Source of the DNA: Limnochordia bacterium
Lineage (GTDB): Bacteria; Bacillota; Limnochordia; DTU080
Reading direction: 5' to 3'
DNA: 64,000 nt
Assembly: GCA_050951545.1 (NCBI GenBank)
Contig: JBMNJG010000002.1
Location: forward strand, 32,001-96,000
The notes below the pieces were generated by a model that was not told the origin of the DNA, ran no database searches, and worked only from the letters and a program-made list of their open reading frames with translations. Shown here piece by piece: positions 27,225-38,567 of the stretch (the first letter of the stretch is position 1; each line of letters starts with the position of its first letter). The translations under genes were made by a program, and so were the position numbers.

Positions 27225-29872
27225 ATGAGCATCACGTTAACCGATCTGCGTTGCGAATATCTGTCTAACCCGTTGGGCATCGACACGTTAGCGCCGCGAC
27301 TTAGCTGGAAGCTGCAGTCAGAGTCAGAGAGCCCAGCGAGCAGACTGCCTATCAGATTCTCGTGGCGAGCAACGCCGCTCTGCTTGCAGAAAATAGAGCC
27401 GACTTGTGGGATTCCGGCCGAGTGCGTTCTGAGCAATGCGTGCATGTGGAGTATGCTGGCCAGCCGCTATGCGCACGCCAGCGATGTTACTGGAAGATCC
27501 GCGTCTGGGATCAAGAAGGCCAGGTAAGCACCTATAGCGACGCGGCCCAGTGGGAGATGGGCTTGCTTCAAGCCGAAGACTGGATAGCCCACTGGATCAG
27601 CGGTCCGCAGTTCGGCCCGCGCTCGGTGGAGGGCGTCTGTCGAGCGCCTCTGCTACGCAAGCCATTTGCCCTTGACCGGGAGATCGACTCGGCACTGGTC
27701 TACATATGTGGACTTGGCTACTATGAGCTGTATGTGAACGGCCAGCGCATAGGCGATCGTCGTCTGGACCCAGCGTTTACCCGCTACGATCGGCGAGCTC
27801 TGTACACTACATATGATGTAACCGCCGCAGTGCGAAAAGGTACAAACGCCATCGGGGCCATCTTAGGAAACGGCTATTACAACCAACACCTGCCTGACTC
27901 CTGGGGTTTTGAGGCTGCGCCCTGGCGTGACTACCCCAAACTGATCCTGCAGTTGCACGTCAGCTTCCGCGACGGTTCAGAGACAGTGATTGCCACTGAT
28001 CCCTCATGGAGAGCGCACCCCAGCCCCATCATGTTTGACCAGCTTCGTAGCGGGGAAGTCTACGATGCTCGGGAAGAGCTTCCTGGCTGGAGTACTCCAG
28101 AATTCGACGATACGGAGTGGCAAACGACGCATGTAGTAGCCGGGCCTGGCGGTATTCTGGCCTCTCAGCTTGCACCTCCGATCAGGGTGACCAAGGACAT
28201 CACCCCGCTAGCAGTCAACGAAGTGGCCCCTGGCGTCTTCGTCTACGACATGGGTCAGAGCTTCTCGGGTTGGGTGCAACTGCGCGTATCTGGCGCTGCG
28301 GGAACCCAGGTGGCCATGCGTTACTCCGAGCTCCTCACCGATGACGGCCACATTGATCAGAAGAACATCAAAGCACACATCAAGGCCGAGCGTTTCCAGA
28401 CCGACATCTACACACTCAAAGGCCAGGGCGTCGAGGTATGGGAGCCTTGCTTCGCTTACCACGGTTTTCGCTACGTTGAGGTAACTGGCTTCCCAGGCCA
28501 GCCCGATCTCGATACACTGCGCGGCCGTTTCGTGCATACGGCCTTTGAACCCGCAGGCCAGTTCTCATGCTCCCATGAACTGCTCAACAGAATCCAGGAC
28601 TGCACGCTGCGCTCATATCTGAGCAATTTTGTCGGCATTCCTACAGATTGTCCTCATCGAGAGAAAAACGGTTGGACAGGAGACGCTCATATAGCTGCCG
28701 AGACAGGCCTCTTCAATTTCCTCGCCTCCACGGCTTATGCCAAGTGGATGCACGACTTCGCCGACGAGCAACGGCCCAGTGGGCAGCTTCCTGGCTATAT
28801 TCCCACGGCAGGAAAAGGCTACAACTGGGGCAGCGGTCCAGCCTGGGATAGCGCCTACATCCTTATCCCGTGGTATCTCTACCTATATTGCAGCGATAGG
28901 CGAGTGCTGGAGCAGCATTACGCTGGTATGAAGCGTTATGTGGATTTCATGACGACCATGGCCACCGACCACATTCTTCATTTTGGTCTCGGCGATTGGT
29001 GTCCTCCCGGCCGACCCTCTTCGGGCCACAAGACACCCACCAGTGTCACCTCGACCGCCTACTATTACGTGGATGCGCTTCTTCTATCGCGGATTGCTGC
29101 CCTATTGGGCCACCATACAGACGCAGTGACCTACCAGGAGTTGGCGCAGCAGATCAAAGCCGCCTTCAACGCCCACTTCTACGATCCGGCGAGTGGCCGC
29201 TACGCAGGAGAAGCCCAGACGTCTATGGCTTGTGCCCTCTACCAAGGACTGGTCGAGCCGGATGAGCGAGACAAAGTACTGGAGCAGCTACTGGCCTCCA
29301 TAGATGAACAGGATGGCCACATCGATTGCGGTATCCTCGGCACCAAATACGTCATGCACGCCCTGACGGAACACGGTCGGGCTGATGTCGCCTTCCGGAT
29401 CGCCACTCAAACGACCTATCCCAGTTGGGGTCACTGGATCGCGCAAGGGGCCACCACACTGTGGGAATCGTGGGATGGCATCAACTCACGCAACCACATC
29501 ATGTTTGGAGACGTCGGTGCTTGGTTCTACAAAGCCCTAGCCGGTATTAACCCTGATCCCGAGCATCCAGGCTTCAAGCACACGATTATCCGGCCGCAGC
29601 CAGTAGGCGATCTACGCTGGGCATCAGCGGAACACCGCTCCATGTATGGCACCATCCGCTCGTCGTGGAAGAAGGAGCACGGGCGCTTCACACTCCGTGT
29701 GGAGATCCCAGTTAACACTGACGCGACGGTTCACATTCCAGCCACTGGCCCTGAGACTGTACAAGAAAGTGACCGACTCGCCTCAAAGGCCGAAGGTGTC
29801 CGTTTCCTGCGCGTGGAAGATGGGCACTGCGTCTATGCGGTGGATTCTGGCAAGTATAGCTTTACCGTGTGA
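27225..29872 (+). CDS. GH78 alpha-L-rhamnosidase with a frameshift near 27320-27341
   Basis: N-terminal LRCEYLSNPLGID..PRLSWKL in one frame; QTAYQILVAS..DLWDSG, PTDCPHREKNGWTGDA, GDW, GATTLWE and SRNH in the other. Confidence 0.88.
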
Positions 29873-29938
29873 GGACCCAAAACAAGGGCAGCGAGCAGAG
29901 CTCCGCTCCTGCCCTTCTGAACTTGGAGGCCTGATGTC

Positions 29939-31687
29939 GTGCCACACGTTCTGTCGGTAGAGGGCGACCAGTTTGTAGTTGACGGCCAGCCTGCGCGTAT
30001 CTTGTCAGGGGCCATTCATTACTTCCGGGTGGTACCTGAGTACTGGTACGATCGGCTGGCCAAACTCAAAGCGTGCGGCCTGAACACCGTAGAGACATAT
30101 GTGCCCTGGAACATGCATGAGCCCCAACCCGGCAACTTCTGCTTCGAGGGCATGCTCGATATTGAACGCTTCATCCGTATCGCCGCCGAGCTAGAGCTCA
30201 TGGTGATTGTGCGTCCTGGCCCCTACATCTGCTCTGAGTGGGATCTGGGAGGGCTTCCACCATGGCTTCTGGCGGACCCGGGCATGAGAGTCCGCTGCAG
30301 TTACACGCCATATCTGCAAGCTGTCGATCGTTACTTGGATGCCCTTCTGGCACGCCTCGTGCCCCTCCAAGCTTCACATGGTGGTCCCATCATTGCCATG
30401 CAAGTGGAAAACGAGTACGGCAGCTATGGAAGCGACAAAGAATACTTGCGCTATCTTGAGCAGGCAATGCGCGCCAGAGGTATTGACGTGCTCTTGTTTA
30501 CCTCCGACGGCCCCAGTGACTCCATGCTCCAAGGGGGCACCCTGCCGCATCTGTTGAAGACAGCCAACTTCGGCTCCAATGCCAAAGGGGCGTTTGCGAA
30601 ACTGCGTGAGCATCAGCCCACTGGCCCCCTGATGTGTTGTGAGTTTTGGAACGGCTGGTTCGATCATTGGGGAGAAAAGCATCACACTCGAGACGCTCAA
30701 GACGCGGCTAAGGCTTTGGACAACATCCTGGCCCTAGGTGGCTCGGTCAATCTGTACATGTTCCATGGCGGTACCAATTTCGGCTTCATGAATGGAGCCA
30801 ATCATTCCGGAAGCAGGTATCAGCCAGACGTCACCAGTTACGACTACGATGCGGCCTTGGATGAAACGGGCGAGCCTACGGCGAAGTTCTTTGCCTTCCG
30901 TGATGTGATAGGCAAGTACGCCCCACTGCCCGATCTGGAACTGCCCCCACCCACGCCAAGAAAAGCCTATGGCGAGGTGCAACTCAGCGAAGAGGCACCG
31001 CTTTTCGCGTCACTCGAGAATTTGTCCCTTCCCAAGCGACGGCCTACGCCCGAGCCCATGGAGATGCTCGGCCAGAACTACGGCTTTGTCCTCTACCGTA
31101 CGCAGGTTGCTGGTCCCCGTGAGGAGAGTTCGTTGATCGTGCAACATCTGCGGGACCGGGCACAGGTTTTCGTAGACGGTAAGTATGTAGGTCTGCTTGA
31201 GCGCGACACCCAGCAGGCTCCGATTAAGCTGGCGTTCGGTCCTGGTTCTCACACGCTCGAGATCCTGGTGGAAAACATGGGCCGTATCAACTACGGTCCC
31301 CTGCTCCACGACCGCAAGGGCATCACCGAAGGTGTGCGGCTAGGCAATCAGTTTTTGCACACGTGGACCATCTATCCCCTGCCTCTCGATGATCTGTCTC
31401 GCCTGCGCTATGGCCCTCTGGATTTGCTACAAGGCCCTGCCTTCTACCGGGGTCATTTCGCGGTCGATGCTCCAGCAGATACCTTTTTAGCGTTGCCTGG
31501 GTGGACCAAGGGCGTCTGCTTCGTCAACGGCCTTAACCTCGGTCGCTATTGGGATACCGGTCCACAGCGTACACTCTACATCCCTGGCCCATTGCTGCGC
31601 GCAGGGGTCAACGAACTGACCATATTCGAACTGCATCAGGCGAAGCGCCCTGTCGTGGAGCTAGTCGATGCTCCCTGTTTGGGTTGA
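29939..31687 (+). CDS. GH35 beta-galactosidase
   Basis: SGAIHYFR, GLNTVETYVPWN, RPGPYICSEW, QVENEYG, EFWNGWFDHWG, YMFHGGTNFG, TSYDYDA. Confidence 0.95.
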   Translation: MPHVLSVEGDQFVVDGQPARILSGAIHYFRVVPEYWYDRLAKLKACGLNTVETYVPWNMHEPQPGNFCFEGMLDIERFIRIAAELELMVIVRPGPYICSEWDLGGLPPWLLADPGMRVRCSYTPYLQAVDRYLDALLARLVPLQASHGGPIIAMQVENEYGSYGSDKEYLRYLEQAMRARGIDVLLFTSDGPSDSMLQGGTLPHLLKTANFGSNAKGAFAKLREHQPTGPLMCCEFWNGWFDHWGEKHHTRDAQDAAKALDNILALGGSVNLYMFHGGTNFGFMNGANHSGSRYQPDVTSYDYDAALDETGEPTAKFFAFRDVIGKYAPLPDLELPPPTPRKAYGEVQLSEEAPLFASLENLSLPKRRPTPEPMEMLGQNYGFVLYRTQVAGPREESSLIVQHLRDRAQVFVDGKYVGLLERDTQQAPIKLAFGPGSHTLEILVENMGRINYGPLLHDRKGITEGVRLGNQFLHTWTIYPLPLDDLSRLRYGPLDLLQGPAFYRGHFAVDAPADTFLALPGWTKGVCFVNGLNLGRYWDTGPQRTLYIPGPLLRAGVNELTIFELHQAKRPVVELVDAPCLG

Positions 31688-31742
31688 GGTTCTGGCACAA
31701 CATGACGCGCGAAAACAATATCGCCACAGGAGGTCTATTGGC

Positions 31743-33911
31743 GTGAAGCAACTGGCGTGGACGCTCTTCATATTCATACTCGCATCCTGTATGGTGCACG
31801 CTACCGAGATACCAGAGCACACCTTGGTAACGCTTGATGACAAAGAGTGGCAAGGTCCTTTTCAGCTTATGGCAGAGGGTTGCCCAGACGACGGCCCTTG
31901 CCTAAGAGCCGATGTTACGGGTGGGCAGAGTCTCCAGTCGAGACTGCTCCCAGTACAAGCAGGCGAGTTCTACGAAGCCTCTGTCTGGGTGCGCACCGAA
32001 AACGTCATACGCCATCCTTCGTCAAGGTACAACCGAGGCGCAGTGCTCTTCGCCCAGTGGCGAGGCCATGCCCGAGAACATGTCTCCGGAGGCACCTTCC
32101 CTACAGGCCTCTTTGGCACAAATGAGTGGACTCAGATCACCGTGCCCTTTACCTACCGCATTCCGGAGAACGTAGGCTACGTGGAGATACTGCTGGGCAT
32201 CGAAGGCTCCGGTACTGCGTGGTTCCGTGACCTTGTTGTCAGTAAGATCACTGAGTGGGATGGCTATGAACTACTGATTCCGGCAGACGATCAGGTCATA
32301 AGCAGCGCTCTTCCTACGTTCCTCTGGCGATCGCCCGCCTCGTTTGCCCGATACGAGGTTGAGATCAGTTCCTCGCCCGACTTCCCTGAAGAGCAGACCA
32401 CCATACTGCATGCTTCCGGCACAACGGCCCAACCGACTCAGCCGCTATCACCCGGCACGTGGTACTGGCGGGTACGCGGCTTTGCCAGCAATAACCGCAT
32501 TGGCCCCCCTAGCAAGACCAGCGCCTTCCGTGTGCCACTCACAGTGCCCCCACAGATCATGCCCGGTTGGGGCCATTCTAGCGAGGCTCGCCCGCACCTA
32601 GAGGTATCCATCTTCCCACCCGGCGCCGCTCAGCAGATGACTGCTTCTATTAGCGGTGTCCCAGCTGAGCTGATCATTCTGGAAAAAGGAAAGGCGATCT
32701 TTGCCCCTACCGCGGATTTGCCACCTGGGATTCATGAGGTGGAGATAAAGGCCCACGGTTTCGGTGACCAGGTGACGACAACTCGAGATATTCTCGTCAC
32801 GAAAAGTCCCGGAAGCCACGTCTCCATGCGCCGCGATGGCCTACTGCTCGTGGATGGCCAGCCCTTCTTCCCGATAGGAGCCTATCGCGATCCGAGTGAT
32901 TCGTTAACTGATTTCTCTGGCCTCAAAGAGGCTGGCTTCAACATGGCGCATGCCTACGTATTCGAGGAGCAGTGGACCTCTCCTTCGATGGCTAACGCCT
33001 ACTTGGATGCCGCCTGTCAGAACAACCTGCGCGTCTTCTTAGGACTGAACCGTGAGCAGGTCAAGGGGAATCTGGTCCTCGCCACAAAGCGCTGGGCTGC
33101 GGAACTCATGGACAGGCCAGCACTACTAACTTGGTACCTCTACGACGAACCCGAAATCCGAGACGTATCGCCCGACACCATACGGCAGCACGCCGCGGCT
33201 GTTCGCGCCGCCGATCCGTTCCACCCCACATCCGTTGTCATCTCCAGACCTGTGGCGTACGAACTCTATGCACCGAGCGCAGACATTCTCTGGGTCGATC
33301 CATATCCAGTGCCTACCCGAGCACTCACATTGGTAGAGGAGAATGTGCAGCTGGCACGAACAGCTGCACCAGACCAGCCTGTATGGGCAGTGATACAGGC
33401 GTTTGACAACGAAGTCTGGAGAGACAAGCAGCTTCAACAAGAGGCAAGGCAGGGCCTACGGGCCCCAAGTCGACCGACCCCGGAGGAGATTCGCAACATG
33501 GCTTTCCAAGCATTGGCCGCCGGGGCGAAGGGTATTGTCTTTTACTGGACACCCAACACTGCCTATCACATTCAAAAGCACGCCCCAGTGACTTGGCAAG
33601 GCGTTGTGGATACGGTACAGACCCTCAACCGACTGATGCCCTTCTTGATAGCCGAAGAGACAGAAGCTGATGCCCTCCGTGTGGTTCAGCCCTTGCGCTC
33701 TTGGTCTAGAAACGTGGATGGCCAGCGCGTCGTGGTCCTTATCAACACCACAGAGGACACGATCACCGCACGAGTGGATCTCAATCAGTTTGCGGCGAGT
33801 CGCATCTACGATGACTCTGATGGTTCACCGATCGCCTTAGAAGCAGGGCAGCTACGCACAGAGTTCGCTCCCTATGAAGTGAAAGTGTATCGGCTGGACC
33901 CTGTGCAGTGA
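31743..33911 (+). CDS. Secreted modular putative glycoside hydrolase (CBM4/9-like, Ig/Fn3 and TIM-barrel domains)
   Basis: AGGAGG RBS then GTG; signal peptide; YEASVWVRTENV..GTAWFRD; LSPGTWYWRVRG; LLVDGQPFFPIGAY, EAGFN, WYLYDEP, PVWAVIQAF, ALAAGAKGIVFY. Confidence 0.7.
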   Translation: MKQLAWTLFIFILASCMVHATEIPEHTLVTLDDKEWQGPFQLMAEGCPDDGPCLRADVTGGQSLQSRLLPVQAGEFYEASVWVRTENVIRHPSSRYNRGAVLFAQWRGHAREHVSGGTFPTGLFGTNEWTQITVPFTYRIPENVGYVEILLGIEGSGTAWFRDLVVSKITEWDGYELLIPADDQVISSALPTFLWRSPASFARYEVEISSSPDFPEEQTTILHASGTTAQPTQPLSPGTWYWRVRGFASNNRIGPPSKTSAFRVPLTVPPQIMPGWGHSSEARPHLEVSIFPPGAAQQMTASISGVPAELIILEKGKAIFAPTADLPPGIHEVEIKAHGFGDQVTTTRDILVTKSPGSHVSMRRDGLLLVDGQPFFPIGAYRDPSDSLTDFSGLKEAGFNMAHAYVFEEQWTSPSMANAYLDAACQNNLRVFLGLNREQVKGNLVLATKRWAAELMDRPALLTWYLYDEPEIRDVSPDTIRQHAAAVRAADPFHPTSVVISRPVAYELYAPSADILWVDPYPVPTRALTLVEENVQLARTAAPDQPVWAVIQAFDNEVWRDKQLQQEARQGLRAPSRPTPEEIRNMAFQALAAGAKGIVFYWTPNTAYHIQKHAPVTWQGVVDTVQTLNRLMPFLIAEETEADALRVVQPLRSWSRNVDGQRVVVLINTTEDTITARVDLNQFAASRIYDDSDGSPIALEAGQLRTEFAPYEVKVYRLDPVQ

Positions 33912-34038
33912 CACTACGCGACCGATCAAACCCTCTAGGCTATAGGAACAGGCTTTCCCTGAAAGCTTTAGCGGTCTATTGGCCGCCGCCAAAGGCGATT
34001 GCTGGCCAGAGTTCATCAAGGAAGACGGTGCAAAAACC

Positions 34039-36036
34039 ATGCCACATGTCTTAGGTTCTTCAGTGGGAACATCCTTTCAGACGTGGCTCCGTGGACACGT
34101 GCGGAACCGCGGTGAAGTACCGAAGTTTCCCGAAACCGAATCCGAAATTGCTACCCACAAGCAGGCGGTCAGAGCAATTCTGCAAAAGGCAGCCGGACCA
34201 ATTCCGACATATGAACCACTGGCCGCTGAGATTCACCAAGTACATAAAAGGGACGGGTACCGCATTGAGGCTGTGAGTTTCCCGACATTTGCCGGATTGC
34301 GCATGACTGCCAACGCCTACGTTCCGGATGTCAATGAACCCGTTCCGGGTATCCTTGCTGTTCACGGGCACTCGGCCCATGCCCGTCGGGATACGCAGAC
34401 GCAACAACGGTGCACTGCACTTGCGAAATTAGGCTACTTCGTGTTAGCAGTGGACGCCATAGGAAACGGTGAACGAAGTACTGAGTTACCCGGCTCCTAC
34501 CATGGCGGCAATGAAGCTGCCGCTCTCCTCCTGACCGGTTACTCCGTCTTTGGAATTCAGCTGTACGAAAACTATCGGGCATGCGATTATTTGATATCCC
34601 GACCGGAAGTGGATGCGAGTCGCTTGGCCATCTCAGGCGCATCGGGCGGGGGAAATCAGAGTTTCTATTCCGGAGCTTGGGACGATCGCTTTACCGCAGT
34701 TGTCCCTGTCTGTTCCACGGGCGCTTACCGTAAGATGATCGGCACGCACAACTGCATGTGCGAAACGCCATTTGGGGTTGCCGGTAACCTTGAGCAATAT
34801 GACATCATGGCCACGATTGCCCCGCGAGCACTATTGGTGATTAGCGCCCGGGTTGACAACTTCAGCTTCCGCTTTGAGGATGCTCAGGCCACCATGACTC
34901 AAGCGGCAAGAGTGTGGGGTCTTATCGGATGTCCCGAAAAGGTAGCATTTGAGGGCCTCCCGATACAACACGGCTATCCGCCCGTCGCTAGGGAAGTGGC
35001 TTTGGGCTGGTTCAGCCGTTGGCTTAAAGGCGCCGAAGACGCCACGCCCGTTATTGAGCCTGCTGTTCAGATTGAGGATTATGCAACAATCTCATGTTAC
35101 CCTTTGGCGACCTCGCCTCAGGTGATGACACTTCCTACACTCTTTACCCAGAAACGAAAAGCGGTTACGCCAGAAGGCTCGGAGCCAGGAATAGACGATG
35201 TGCGAGAGCTTTTCGGCACGCCCTCTGTGACAACACTTGAGGTCGAGCCAATCACCCGGCTACCCGGACTGACCCCTGGCTCCACAGGCGTAAGTTACGT
35301 ATTTCAAGCTGACAACGGGATGGTCATCCCATCCATCACCTACTGGCCAGACTACTCACATTCCGCCCAAAGTACCCTCTTGATGGTCGGAGACTCTAAG
35401 GATGACCTCACGAAGAACCCTTTGGCCAGGCAAGCCTTGCTGGCTGGCAGTTCGGTCTGGATCGTTGATCTTCCAGGATTGGGAGAAAGTAGGCTACCAG
35501 GGGAAATAGGGGAGTACATTCAACGAGTCCTCAGCATACGCGGCTCGGTAAGCGCCTTTCGCGCCTGCCACCTTCTGGGTCTGAGCTTAGGCGGCCTGTG
35601 GATCGGGACCGTGCAGTCGTTGTTCGCCCAGTTATCCAAGACGACGCCGACGGTCTCTCTTGCCGTAGCCGGAGGACCCGCTACTATCTTCCTCGCAGGG
35701 GCTGGACTTTTTGACGGATTTGAGCGATTGACGATCTTCAATCCGTTGGGCTCGTACCGCCTCGGGGAGCGGTTTTTCGATCTCCCCTACGAATCGTTCA
35801 TTCCCAGGCTCCTTAGAGTCGGGGACATCCCGGACCTAGCGGCGCTGGCAGCCCCCAACCCTCTTACCGTTGTGGCACCTGTCGCCCAGGACGGCACGCC
35901 TTTGGCAGTCGATGAAGCCGCGCGGGTTTTCACACCCGTCAGGAAGCGATATGAAGCCTACGGCAAACCACAGGCGTTCCATCTTGTCGGTGCAGCAGAA
36001 GCGACCTCACTTGTGCTGTCGGAGTTGACCACTTAG
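34039..36036 (+). CDS. Alpha/beta-hydrolase (carbohydrate esterase-like) with a second, probably inactive hydrolase-like domain
   Basis: ANAYVP, AVHGH, DYLISRPEVDASRLAISGASGGG (GxSxG), IAPRALL, HGY; C-terminal GDIPDLAALAAPNPL with no GxSxG. Confidence 0.8.
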   Translation: MPHVLGSSVGTSFQTWLRGHVRNRGEVPKFPETESEIATHKQAVRAILQKAAGPIPTYEPLAAEIHQVHKRDGYRIEAVSFPTFAGLRMTANAYVPDVNEPVPGILAVHGHSAHARRDTQTQQRCTALAKLGYFVLAVDAIGNGERSTELPGSYHGGNEAAALLLTGYSVFGIQLYENYRACDYLISRPEVDASRLAISGASGGGNQSFYSGAWDDRFTAVVPVCSTGAYRKMIGTHNCMCETPFGVAGNLEQYDIMATIAPRALLVISARVDNFSFRFEDAQATMTQAARVWGLIGCPEKVAFEGLPIQHGYPPVAREVALGWFSRWLKGAEDATPVIEPAVQIEDYATISCYPLATSPQVMTLPTLFTQKRKAVTPEGSEPGIDDVRELFGTPSVTTLEVEPITRLPGLTPGSTGVSYVFQADNGMVIPSITYWPDYSHSAQSTLLMVGDSKDDLTKNPLARQALLAGSSVWIVDLPGLGESRLPGEIGEYIQRVLSIRGSVSAFRACHLLGLSLGGLWIGTVQSLFAQLSKTTPTVSLAVAGGPATIFLAGAGLFDGFERLTIFNPLGSYRLGERFFDLPYESFIPRLLRVGDIPDLAALAAPNPLTVVAPVAQDGTPLAVDEAARVFTPVRKRYEAYGKPQAFHLVGAAEATSLVLSELTT

Positions 36037-36080
36037 CGAAGGAAGAGCAAGTCGGCAAGAGAAAAGCCTTCCGCTCACGG

Positions 36081-36122
36081 CCACCCCCTATATGAGCGCT
36101 CAGACGCTCATATAGGGGGTGG
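36081..36122. terminator. Perfect 18-bp hairpin
   Basis: CCACCCCCTATATGAGCG-CTCAGA-CGCTCATATAGGGGGTGG. Confidence 0.6.
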
Positions 36123-36871
36123 AGTGCGCAAACCAGTTGTTAGCGTACTCGAAACTTGCAGAAGCCCTCTTTCTACACGCTCGAACTCAATCGCCTGTCG
36201 CAATGAAGCTCGACAGATCTCCGGGTCAACCAACTCGATTTTGAACTCTCCGCTCACATCAGAACCGCAGCCACGGCGCGGCAGAACCGACGCGGGGGAA
36301 CTCCCCAGACAGCAATATCGATTTCTGACCATTGAGTAAGGCGATGCGAACCCACCAAAGACCCAAACGCTAACGAGGGTGAATTGGTGCCAGGGCGCCG
36401 TTATCCGTCTGCTGTTGGCGAGAACGATGTCAAAGTAGCCCCACACTCGCTTGCCTTGACCCGTACTGTCTAACCACGAGCCGCAGAGCCTGGGGCTGGA
36501 GAAGCACCCCAGGGTGCCTATATACTTGCGGGTAACGTAGCCGAGCACAGCCCAGCCAAGTCTGGTTGAGCTGGCCGTAGCCCGCAGGCTACAGCCTGTG
36601 GCGCAATCCCGCAAGCCACGGAGGGCTGAGGAGAGTGCGTCAAGTCAAGCGCTCAACAAGATCCCTCAACCATGGAGAACGCCCCATCGACGTTGCCTAA
36701 AGGACTGCTTCGATACTCTTCGGCGGAGCCTGGGAATTATGAAAGGCGCCAGTCGGAGGGTGCACACAGGAAATCGCGATGAGCAGTAGGGCACAGATGA
36801 GGCCCTCTAGGGCCGCTCATTATTCAAGAAAGAGTGTGTGATAGAGAGAGCCATTGCCTGGCCCAAGGCCA

Positions 36872-37936
36872 TTACGTGTTCTGTGTGTCGGCCAGCTCAG
36901 GTGTGGATTCCTTGGTGGGCGCCCAGCCACGCTCTGCCCTCTCACGATAGCTCTCGCAGCGTCTCTCCAGGTAGTTGATCAACACGCGATTGCAGCGTAC
37001 GCCGCGCCGCAGCGGTAGCCGTTTGCCGATCTCTTGCAGCAAGGTCTGCCAGCCCAGTTCCTCGCCCCGGACTTCTATCAGCGTGACCCCTTTTTCCTTA
37101 GACATCTCTCGCTTCATTTGGTCACGCTCCTTTTGCGCAGCCACTACCTCTTCATCAAACCAGTTCGTGACGCTGTAGTGCTGCTGCCCATTGAACTCAA
37201 AGGCCACCCAGTGGTGGTAATAGAAGCGGTCGTACTCGAGTGACTCGTCCGTAAGGGGGTTTGTCAAGATGTCCGGTGTCGAACCATCGTGATAGGATCT
37301 GGAAGCCACAAGGGCTGATAGCATGGCCTGCATCAAGGCCTCCCCATAGTAGGGCACCCCCATGAGGCGATCTCGCACTTTCAGCACTTCGGTGATGTGC
37401 TTGGCTTTGACGGGATTGCGGAGGTGAAAACGAATCGGGGCATGCTTGTTCGCTTGCTCTAGCTCTAGCCAACGCAATTCCGCCAAGTGACAGACAGCAC
37501 GCTTGACCGTCTTGGCGTTGAGATTCATCATCTCAGCCAGCGAGGCGTATGTGAAAGTGCATTCCGAAGTACTGTCCTTGGGGAGCGACCCCAATACACC
37601 ATAGACTATCTTGGCCTGAGCTTTTACGTTGGTTGACATGATCAGCTCAGCAGGTATGACTGCCGTTTGACCGGATAGCTGCCAGCGCACACGCTTCCTC
37701 TTCGCTTTCGGTGGGGTATACCAGCCGTCGGCAATGAGTTTCGCTCTCGCTCTGCGGATGGTGGGGCGAGACAACCCGGTGCGCCTGGCCAGGCGAGTAG
37801 GCGAGAATAGGAACTTCCGATTCAAATGGGCATCTAGCTGTAGGGCCAGCCAAATCACCTTATCGGTCGCCTGTAGCTCACTGGAGGTCAACAGAGAAAC
37901 AGGCACGTACACCTTTTCAGCCGCTTCCATATACAA
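36872..37936 (-). CDS. Tandem HTH plus C-terminal Vsr/DUF559-like PD-(D/E)xK endonuclease protein
   Basis: GGAGGT RBS then TTG 37936 or ATG 37930. HTH1 SPTRLARRTGLSRPTIRRARAKL; HTH2 TYASLAEMMNLNAKTVKRAVCHL; nuclease LEYDRFY...VAFEFNGQQHY...QKERDQMK...GVTLIEV. The ORF track's N-terminal extension runs through the repeat. Confidence 0.75.
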   Translation of the reverse strand: MYMEAAEKVYVPVSLLTSSELQATDKVIWLALQLDAHLNRKFLFSPTRLARRTGLSRPTIRRARAKLIADGWYTPPKAKRKRVRWQLSGQTAVIPAELIMSTNVKAQAKIVYGVLGSLPKDSTSECTFTYASLAEMMNLNAKTVKRAVCHLAELRWLELEQANKHAPIRFHLRNPVKAKHITEVLKVRDRLMGVPYYGEALMQAMLSALVASRSYHDGSTPDILTNPLTDESLEYDRFYYHHWVAFEFNGQQHYSVTNWFDEEVVAAQKERDQMKREMSKEKGVTLIEVRGEELGWQTLLQEIGKRLPLRRGVRCNRVLINYLERRCESYRERAERGWAPTKESTPELADTQNT

Positions 37937-38059
37937 GAGGCCCACCTCCCATAGCCGGAATGTCTGTTCCCAGGAACTAGTGTTCGACTCGCTGCAGCGG
38001 AATCCTTCCAGGTAATAGACAGACCGCTGCAAGAGCCGCCTCGCACAAGGCATGCCGCC

Positions 38060-38377
38060 TGAACGCGACAAACCGTGTCGGATTCGGTCCATTTCTGTTG
38101 CCCCAGACGGGCAATCAAACGGGCCAGCAGGGTTTTTCGCGGTTTTTGACTGTACAAGTGAGCTCTTGGGAGCGTTTACAGACGGAAACGAAAACCGAAA
38201 CCGACCTCTTTTGCCAGCCCTCCAGCCTGCCCCAAGCACTTGAGACGGATACCAGCGAACGCCTCCGCGCCGGGGGGATACCCAGGCAGACCCCATTGGC
38301 AAGATACAGGAGTGAGGAATAATGGATGTTTCTGGTAGGGGCTGTGGAGTCTGTGGGCATCTCGCAGAGTTGTCCAT
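38060..38377. repeat. Non-coding unit copy 1 (terminal hairpin truncated)
   Basis: Shares GTGTCGG.TTCGGTCC, CAAGTGAGCTCT, CGACCTCTTTTGCCAGC and GGTAGGGGCTGTGG.GTCTGTGGGCA.CTCGCAGAGTTGTCCAT with copy 2. Confidence 0.9.
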
Positions 38378-38510
38378 GGAAACGCTACGTTCTGAGTCAG
38401 CCAAAATGGCCTAGTATCCTCATCAGAAAGTAAGCCAGCCGGAAGACGAGATGCTCTCGAAAAACCAGCCGCGCCATTGCTGGTTCCTTTTTTTCCCGTG
38501 GAAAGGATGT

Positions 38511-38567
38511 GGGCTGTGGATTCTGATGGGTAACCCTCTGGGTTACCGACAGACTCCACCGCCCCTA
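38511..38567 (-). repeat. Inverted stand-alone copy of the unit's terminal hairpin
   Basis: Reverse complement TAGGGGCGGTGGAGTCTGTCGGTAACCCAGAGGGTTACCCATCAGAATCCACAGCCC aligns with 38997-39053. Confidence 0.85.

Noticed and set aside
36108-36614. 168-aa minus-strand ORF
   Set aside because: No clear RBS or recognisable motif, and its stop lies inside the hairpin; not supportable as a gene, although a decayed remnant cannot be excluded.
37937-38404. N-terminal ~156-aa extension of the endonuclease ORF
   Set aside because: It runs through repeat copy 1, whose sister copies do not keep the frame; a strong RBS sits just before 37936.
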